Made by a program: the position numbers and the translations under genes
The notes under the pieces: generated by a model
Database searches by the model: none
Told to the model about the DNA's origin: nothing
The model's input: only the letters and a program-made list of their open reading frames with translations
Shown: one piece after another, positions 55,763 through 64,000 of the stretch
Numbering within the stretch: position 1 is the first letter of the stretch
Layout: each line of letters begins with the position of its first letter
Source: Antechinus flavipes
Taxonomy: Eukaryota
DNA length: 64,000 nt
Reading direction: 5' to 3'
Assembly: GCF_016432865.1 (NCBI RefSeq)
Contig: NC_067401.1
Location: forward strand, 181,598,001 to 181,662,000

Positions 55763-56750
55763 CCGTGTTTCCCCGATAATAAGACCTATCCCTAAAATAA
55801 GCCCTCCCCTTACTGTGTAAGATTCCTCTAAAATAAGCCCTATTGAGATTGCTACAGGTGATCCCCTGCGCTACACGCTACGTTACGGTACCCTCTGTAT
55901 GTACTGTCCCCCGTCTACCTTCCTCCCCGTACTTCCTCTCCTCCCCCCTCCCTCCCTCTCTGCGTTCCAAACTGCATCCAATCAGAGCTGCAGCAGTGAG
56001 CGCATCATCCTGTTCTTCCCCAGTGATTGCTTGCTGGCGCCATTGAGAGCAGGACCGCGGAGGAGAGCTGAGGCAGGACAACATAAAAACCTGGTATGTA
56101 AGCGGGAGTGAGGGGGCATGATGGAGGATAAAAGAAGAACTCAGCCAGCACTCACCGCGCTAAAGAAGTGAAGAACTTCCTTGCAGAGAGAAGAATAGAT
56201 CAAGTAATGATTCCTGCAGGAATGACTGCCTATCTCCAGACCCTTGATATTGCAATAAACAAGCCATTCAAGGACCATTTGCGCATGGAAGTCAATGACT
56301 ACATTGAAAATAGAATGGAAAGAAATCAGCGAGGAAACTTTGTAAAGCCCTGTCTGCAAGAAGTCGTGACTTGGGTGAAGAAGTCATGGTACAAAATTAC
56401 TGACAGCTGTGTCACCAAGGCACCACGAGCAGGTTACCTGGACAAGACATGTTCATTTAAAGAGAGCTATATTGCTGGACATGACAGATTGGGTCCACTT
56501 CTTCTGAAGGAAATAGAGGCACAAAATATCCAGGACGGAATTCAGAGTATGGACACTTATGACGATGTTGTTGAAGAAGATGACATGATCATTATTGAAT
56601 AAAGGTACTTTTTTTTATTCACATTTACCTGTTTATTAAAATTGCTGTCAATGTTCATTAAAATAAGCCCTCCCCTGAAAATAAGCCCTCTGGTGTTTTT
56701 CTGTCCAAAAAAATTTATAAGACAGGGTCTTATTATCGGGGAAACATGGG
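55763..56750 (+). mobile_element. Internally deleted pogo-superfamily (Tc2/Passer-like) DNA transposon
   Basis: TIR CCGTGTTTCCCCGATAATAAGACC matches the right end with one mismatch and one extra G. TA on both sides, subterminal AAAATAAGCCCT repeats, and a transposase C-terminal ORF to 56602 with the IPAGMTAYLQTLDIAINKPFK DDE_1-type motif. Confidence 0.88.
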
Positions 56751-57521
56751 TAGTACAGATCTTTTGCTCAGGCTCACATGGCCACTCAGGAGTATAGCTG
56801 TCTTGAACCTAAATCTGGGTTCAGAGATCAGTTCTCTAGCCAAAGATGTCTCTCCTATGTAACACAAAAATAAGGATCATGATATTGGAGTTTTCTATCT
56901 GTCTTGGAAAATTCCCATTCAAAAGTGAAAAACAATGTTCCAATGTTCCCAATCCTGATTCAGAAAAATCACCATACCTGAAAGTCATTAAAACACTTAT
57001 CAGTTGTACTTGTTTGGGAGAAACATAGTTGAGGAGGAAGAAAGGGGGAATATAGTATAATATAGGATGAAAAGATGTCTATTTCAGCATCTGCTAAAGA
57101 AGTAATGTTTTGTGTCCTAATTTTAACAATAATAAATTATATCACTTTGGATAACTTTCTTTTTTGTTCAATACCACCAGTTTATTATAAGAAAACTAAG
57201 TTACATTTCAGCCCTATATTATATCTATACCTAAATCATTCTACACTGCTCTGTTCACCTAAATTTTGCATCATATGCTGCACACACATAAGCAAAAAAG
57301 GAGAATTTGAGTATTTTTACCAGGGGGCAAATATTTCTTACATATTTTATAATTACAAGACTAGATCTAAAATAGTATTCTTTACATTGTAGTTGCTTGA
57401 TTAAATATTTATTATGGATATATGGGCTACATCAGAGAGTGTTAGAAATTTGCTCTTAGTGTGCATGGGAAGTAGACACCTTGGCTTTGATATGTCCAGA
57501 CTTGGAAAACATCTTTGACTC

Positions 57522-58428
57522 TGTAATGATGGATAAATTGAGGCAAAATAGAGATATCAGAGAGTTTTTAATATTTTATTTGGATTTCAGAGAGGAAGAG
57601 ATTTTCTGGGACCAAAGTATCCATTTTGGTCCCAGGGCTGATGTCTCAAAGCATTCAGCAGCAGCATCAAATATTATAATGTTTGAGCTAGCTTTCTGGA
57701 GGTCCTTCAGATGGGCCTTGGTCTCAGCAGGATAGACACCATGAGAATGGTCAGGAATAAAGTCTAGAATCTTTATTCTGGCCCAGTCTTGACCTTAATG
57801 GAGGAGTGCAGGAGGCAGGAGAGCCACCAGGAGGATGGTCAAAAATAGAATGTCTCTTTTCCAGTCTTCCTCAGTTCTTAAATACCCTATTACAATTACA
57901 TCATTACAGCATACTGATTATGTGTGAACTAGAGAATCATTCTATCACCATGCTAAGTACTAAGTATATGTATACTAGAAAACTATCATCTCATTAATTC
58001 CACTGAGTTAATACCTTATTGTATCGTTGTTTCAAGTATATTTCTCCAAAGTTCCAGCCCTTTATAGAATGTGAGATTGCAATGGTTTTTATATATATGG
58101 TTCCAAGATCAGGAGAGAAAGGGGTGGTATCCAAACACTGGTAAACCTGGGATTTTCCAGAAACAGACCATCAATCTGGTTCTGACAAAATGGGGGTGAG
58201 GACCATAAATTCTTGATAATTTAGGAGAATTTAAAGAGCCAGAATGTCTGAACTCCCCTTTGTCTTGAGATTACACATTTACAATACACATTTACCTTAG
58301 AGTAGCCAGCCCTAAGTTATATCAGTCCTAATGGTTGTTGGGGGAGGGGAGATTGCAACCAGGAAGATTGAAGCAGAACAATTCAAAGGAACTGAGGCAG
58401 GACAATACAAGAAAACTGTGGCCCAACA
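57522..58428 (-). mobile_element. Solo LTR, family A, with a second LTR nested at about 57680-58066
   Basis: Reverse-complement family A ends with perfect TSD ACTC; the internal unrelated LTR ends gttccagccctt. Confidence 0.82.
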
Positions 58429-58829
58429 ACTCATGAGTATTGATGAAGACCGGCTCCAACTTAGTCAAGTTACTATATACAGGGTATACAGGAAGGAGGG
58501 ACTCGCTACCAAGAAACTTTGTCCCTAAATGTTTTTTATAAACATCCTCTAAAGATTTTCTCATTCATGTGTCTTCTTTTTAATTACATATTTTACAACA
58601 TGTAGTAAGATTTCATGAAAGAAAGTATTATCCTCTATATTTTCCAGAAGAAATAATAACCTTTGTTATTTATTGGGTATAATAGTGTACCTAGAGTCAA
58701 AGGAAACAAAGATTTGAAATCTTCCTCATGACATTTAATGATCATGATGGTATAGAAATGATAATTACTACTACTAGTAGTAGTAGGACTATTATTACTA
58801 CTTTTGCTGCTGCTGTTGCTGCTACTTCC

Positions 58830-59505
58830 TGTAATGTTCTTAGTTCAATTTTCTTGGGATCTTTGGGAGTAGCCTTCGTTTCAGTCAGTAATCACCCAGA
58901 GAATAGTCAAGGGTTAAATTCCAAATCCTTTATTGTCTCCTTCAAAGTCTTGTCTCCTTGCCTAGGGCTTCAGCCAGCTTTCTTAGAGGCCTTCTTGAAT
59001 CTTGGTTTCTGTGAAGAAACTAAAGAGGAGAGCCTGCAACCAAGGTGGTGTGAGATGGGATGAATGAATCTGAGTCCAAGGGCTTGTGCTTCAGTCTCCA
59101 ATCTGCTTGTCTTCTCTAGCGCTCTCTCTCTCTCTCTCTCTCTCTCTTTGAATCTCTCTCTCTCTCTCTCTGAATCTCTCAGTCCTGGAGCCTGACTGAA
59201 GATCTAATTGAATCTCTCTCCTTCGTTCTGAGAGCTTGAGCTACCACCCCCAGTCCTTTGTCTTCTCTGCCTCTGAATGAACCTAGCTGAGGTTCCCAAC
59301 TCTTATGCTCTACATTGAGTATAAACCAATCATTATATCACTAGTAAACCATTATTTGTTGTAAGATTAAATCAATCATACTGAACTTAGAAAACTATTA
59401 AGCACCATGCTAAACTAGATAACCAATGTCTCATCAATTCTAACTAACAATAGTTAATACCTTGTAAGAATCCTTGTTTCATGTTCAGAGTTCTGGCCCT
59501 TAACA
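58830..59505 (-). mobile_element. Solo LTR, family B-related, splitting a triplet-repeat tract
   Basis: 6-bp TSD ACTTCC/ACTTTC; (ACT/GCT/ACC)n on both sides; internal (CT)n at about 59120-59180. Confidence 0.82.
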
Positions 59506-59679
59506 ACTTTCCCCACTATCATCATTACTGCTGCTGCTGCTGCTATCACTACCATCACTTACTACTATTAGTACTACTACCACCACCACCACCATCAGCA
59601 ACACCAGTACTACTACCACCATTACTACTACCTTTATCTTAATCTTAAATCTCTTCCTGTCTATTAGTTGCTTCCCTGT

Positions 59680-60620
59680 TGCCTAAAACATGACTATGTC
59701 TCTCCTACTCTTAGAATAATATTCTCTTTGTCTCTTCCTAATAACATTAACCTGTATTTCTCTTCCCTTTGAAAGGACCTCTACTTCCTGTCTTCTCATT
59801 ATCTTCTTAACTCTCTGAAATCTGATACCCTGCCTTATCAATTAAATGAAACTACTCTCTCCAACGTTATCAATGATTTCTCAATTGCCAAATTTTATGC
59901 CCTTTTCTCAATCTTTTCATCTTGCTTGATCTTCTGGCCAGCCTTTGCCACTATTTATTAATCACAGTGCTCTCCTTTAAAACTTTCTTTTCCAAGTATT
60001 TTGACACTGCTATTTCTTGCTTCTGCAAACTGTCAGCTCCTTCTTAATCTGCTTTGCTGGATCTTCATCCAGGTTACATCTCATAACCACTGGTGTAACT
60101 GTTCTAGACTGTCTTTTCATATCCCCATATGCTGTTTTGCTTGATGATCTCCTCTCCCAATAAATCAGTTTCCTTTATGCTTATGCAGATGATTTTCAGA
60201 TCTATTTGTACAACCCTAACTTCTCTTTTTATTTCCAAATTTAAATATCCCACTGTTTATTGAACTAGATTTCTTAGACATCTTAAATTCATTGTATTCA
60301 AAATCAAAGTTATCTTTCCCTTCAAATCATCCTTTCTTCCTAACTTCCCTGTTACTACCAACTAGCTATACTAAAAAATCTGAATTATCTTTGATATGAG
60401 TAAAAAAAGGTCAATTTCATCAACTCCCAAGTCCTACCACCAGAATATTTCTAGCATGCATTCTTTCCTTTCCATTAGATCAAAACCTATTTTTTTATCT
60501 TCTTGAAGAAGTAATTTCTACGTTATTTTCACCTCCCTTCTTATTTCCACCTTTCTTTTACAATGCTGCCTGATTAATCCTTATAAACAACAAGATATAA
60601 TTTATTTTCAAAAAATCCAT
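59680..60620 (+). mobile_element. L2 LINE remnants (continuing at about 62815-63120)
   Basis: Pyrimidine-rich L2-type sequence (ccaatgatttctcaattgccaaa..cttttctcaatc). Confidence 0.55.
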
Positions 60621-61153
60621 ATGGTTGAATCATGTTTCCTCTTTTTTTGTGAAAGTAAAAAAAAAATCAAAAGAAAAAAGCTGTTATACTATGAGTTCTT
60701 ATTTTTAATTATATAAATTAGGTTCTGAGGATTTGAAAGGAAGATAATGGTTTTTGTAGGTATAATATACATATATCCATTTCTGCCCATCTGAAGTGTG
60801 AAAGATTCACCATATTTATTATTAGCACTATTATAGAAATCCATGAAAATGCAATGGTAATATATGCAACCTTAGTACAACACTTCACTTGTGCTTCCTT
60901 CTCCTCCTTCAAGGTTACTACAAGTTTGAAGCAAATTGTAGATATGGGTCATGATCTTCTCACAAACTCCTACCAATGTTTTGGTATTTTGTTGTTTTTT
61001 ACTAACCCCATCTCCAGTCATATTGATTTATACCTTGCCAATGGATCCAGACAAAGTGACCTCACACAGCCCTTTCTCACTTACATACAATTCATATGCT
61101 TGTCATGGCATCAACTCTCTGATATCATGGTCCTCTTCAAGAATGAAGGACAA

Positions 61154-61695
61154 ACTGTAAGGAATGACCAGCAGGATGAATACAGAGAGGCTTGGAGAGA
61201 CCTACATGGACTGATGCTAAGTGAGATGAGCAGAACCAGGAGATCATTATACACTTCGACAAAGATATTGTATGAGGATGTATTATGATGGAAGTGGATT
61301 TCTATGACAAAGAGACCTAACTGAGTTTCAATGGATAAATGATGGACAGATACAGCTACACCCAAAGGAACACTGGGAAACGAATGTGAACTATTTGCAT
61401 TTTTGATTTTCTTCCCGAGTTATTTTTACCTTCTGAATCCAATTCTCCCTGTGCCACAGGAGAACTGTTCGGTTCTGCAAATATGTATTGTATCTAGGAT
61501 ATACTGCAACATATTTAACATATATAGGACTGCTTGCCATCTTGGGGGGGTGAGGTGGAGGGAGGGAGGGGAAAAAACGAAACATAAGCGAGTGCAAGGG
61601 GTAATGTTGTAAAAAATTACCCTGGCATGGATTCTGTCAATACAAAGTTATTATTAAATAAAATAAAATTAAAATAAAAAAATTAAAAAAAAAAA
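61154..61695 (+). mobile_element. Young 5'-truncated L1 with 15-bp TSD
   Basis: TSD AAGAATGAAGGACAA at 61139-61153 and 61696-61710; poly-A tail; inserted at the end of an RTE-related SINE. Confidence 0.9.
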
Positions 61696-61719
61696 AAGAA
61701 TGAAGGACAAGCAATAACA

Positions 61720-62250
61720 GTTCTCTTGTTGTACAGGAAGAGTTGGATTCAGAAGGTAAAACTAACCTGGGAAAACAGTTTACATTCATTTCCCAGTGTT
61801 CTTTCTTTGGGTGTAGATGCTTCTGTCCATCATTGATCAATTGAAACTGAGTTAGATCTTCTCTTTGTCGGAGAAATCCACTTCCATCAGAATACATCCT
61901 CTCTTTGTTGAAGAAATCCACTTCCATTAGAATACATCCTCATACAGTATTGTTGAAGTATATAATGATCTCCTGGTTCTGCTCATTTCACTTAGCATCA
62001 GTTCATGTAAGTCTCTCCAAGCCTCTCTGTATTCATCCTGTAGATCATTTCTTACAGAACAATAATATTCCATAACATGCATATACCACAATGGGCATCC
62101 ATTCATTTTCCAGTTTCTAGCCACTACAAACAGGGCTACCACAAACATTTTGGTGCATACAGGTTTCTTTCCCTTCTTTAAGATCTCTTTGGGATATAAG
62201 TCCAGTAGTAGCACTGCCTGATCAAAGGGTATGCACAGTTTAATAACTTT
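61720..62250 (-). mobile_element. L1 3' fragment with an internal 40-bp tandem duplication (61861-61940)
   Basis: ORF2 tail LLDLYPKEI..RNWKMNGCP; duplicated ctctttgt..aatacatcct unit. Confidence 0.82.
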
Positions 62251-62812
62251 TTGCTGCCTCCGTTTTCATAAATTGTCCTGCCTATTTCCCTAAGGCGTTC
62301 TGCCTCAGTTTCCTTGAATTGTTCCGCCTCAATCTTCCTAGTTGCAATCCCCTTTCCTCTTATTAGAACAGAGATAATTAGGGCTGTGGAGATCTGGCAT
62401 TCCAAAAGATGAAGACTCCAGATGTCCTATATCAGATACCTAACTGGCATTGTCTATATCTCTAAGTTTCAGACTTCCTGGATTTAGTTGGACATCTCCT
62501 AAATCCTCCCAATTTGTTAGAATTTATGGTCCTACCTCCAACATTCAGAACTGGATTGATGGTCCCTGCCTGGAGATTCCTGCTTACCAGAGTTTGGAGT
62601 CCATCCCCTCTCTCCCCACTTTGTTTAGCTACTCGAGCTTGGAGCTGGGTGTGTATATATATGTCACTGAGAACTCACATTCCTTGCTGGATGCTTTGGA
62701 CATCAGCCCTGAGGGCATCATGCCCCCAGCACAATCTTTCCCTTTCAGAAATCCAAATAAAATACTAAAAATTCTCTAATCTCTATCTTGTCTCAGTTTC
62801 TCCAGCATTATA
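62251..62812 (+). mobile_element. Solo LTR, family A
   Basis: Same body and ctctaatctctatcttg.ctcagtttctccagcatta end; TSD not resolved. Confidence 0.8.
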
Positions 62813-64000
62813 CAACATCCTGATTACCATTACTCTAGCATAGGCCCTCATCACCTCATCCTAGGTTATTACAATGAGGCAGCCTGCTGGTGGGGCTGCC
62901 TGCCTCAAGCCTCTCCTCTTTCTAGTTCATTCTCCAATCAGTTACCAGAGGTTTTTCTAAAACATAGGTGTGACAATGTCACTTCACCACCCTGTCTCCA
63001 GGAGCAAATACACAATACTATGTTTGGCATTTAATTTTCTTCATAACCTGGACCATTCTTCCCTTTCTAGCCTTCTTATACCTTACTCTCTGCTAGACTC
63101 TTTGAACTAGTAACACTAGCTTCCCAAGGTTATTAGTCAAATGAGGAAGTATATATTTTGTCCCTTTTTCTAAGAGAGGAAACTGGAACATTTTATGGGA
63201 AAGAACCTAGAGTATATAGCTATGTGAGTGTGCAAATACAAAGGACAAGTTCCTCTCTGATAACCCCAGAGTTAATTAGCAAGACAAAGGCTCCCTGTTG
63301 CAATCATGTCAAGTCCTCTGCAGTTCCAGAGCATCTCAGCCAGAGAATCCAGTATAAGATAGACCGTTCACTGTGAGTTAGGTGGTCTGCAGTCCTTTGT
63401 GCATTTAACTCAGCCTCTACTTATAGAGCAACAAGGCTCAAGACAGTAATGCTGCCCATTCAGAGGGACAACCCATTCCAGGGAGAAGAATGAGGCTTGG
63501 AGTAGCACCACCTGTCCCTGCCTAGATAAACAGAGAGGGCTTCAGAAAGGAACCAGATTTCTGAGCAGAGTGTCAAGAGCATGCAAGGTTAGATCAAGGC
63601 AGGCAAACCCCAAACTTTTACAGGCCCAATACCAAATTGCAAGTCCTTTGAGAATGCTGAAATACTAATTAAGGAACTGGGGTTCCAGGAGTAGAGAAAC
63701 AGATCAGAGAGACTGCCAGTCCCAAGATAGGTGTCTGATTTCTTACTGTTCCTAAAAATTAATCCCCAAACTGAGTCTGCCAGGGCAATTCCAATAGCAT
63801 AAGGGATTTCAAAGTTAAAGCATAACCAGCAAATCATAGTCCAGTAAATTTAAGCCAAGGAGTAAAAATGAAAAGGACTGTTTAAAACACTTCCAATTCA
63901 ATCTGAACTAGTGAGATGGAGCAGAAGTGCCTAAAACAAAGTGAATAGGAACTAGGGGTTCCCATTCTTTCAGGTACTTTGAGAAAAATTCAGTTTCCCT

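Noticed and set aside
63120-64000. Possible exon or retroelement 5' region at the right edge
   Set aside because: No recognisable protein motif, splice pair or repeat family from the sequence alone.

Overview
Vertebrate genomic DNA, inferred to be marsupial (probably dasyurid, Tasmanian-devil-like) from WSINE1-type SINEs, marsupial L1 3' UTRs and RTE/L2/MIR/CR1 content. The left end holds the first three coding exons (RING, B-box, coiled-coil) of TRIM11 on the minus strand. The rest is a replication-dependent histone cluster: two H3, three H2A, one H2B plus an H2B pseudogene, two H4 (one cut by an assembly gap) and one H1. Every intact gene ends in a histone stem-loop with a downstream element. 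The genes sit among dense nested L1, solo LTRs, a betaretrovirus-like pro-pol relic, hAT relics and a pogo-superfamily transposon. Highlights: (1) a five-class histone cluster at what appears to be the position of the small human 1q42 cluster; (2) an H3 carrying A98S, as in testis H3.4/H3t; (3) a diverged H2A bracketed by young direct repeats; (4) two H4 copies forming an inverted repeat that is identical over the readable part; (5) an orphan, intact histone 3' processing signal with no histone CDS in front of it. Coordinates were counted by hand; repeat boundaries without a stated TSD are approximate.
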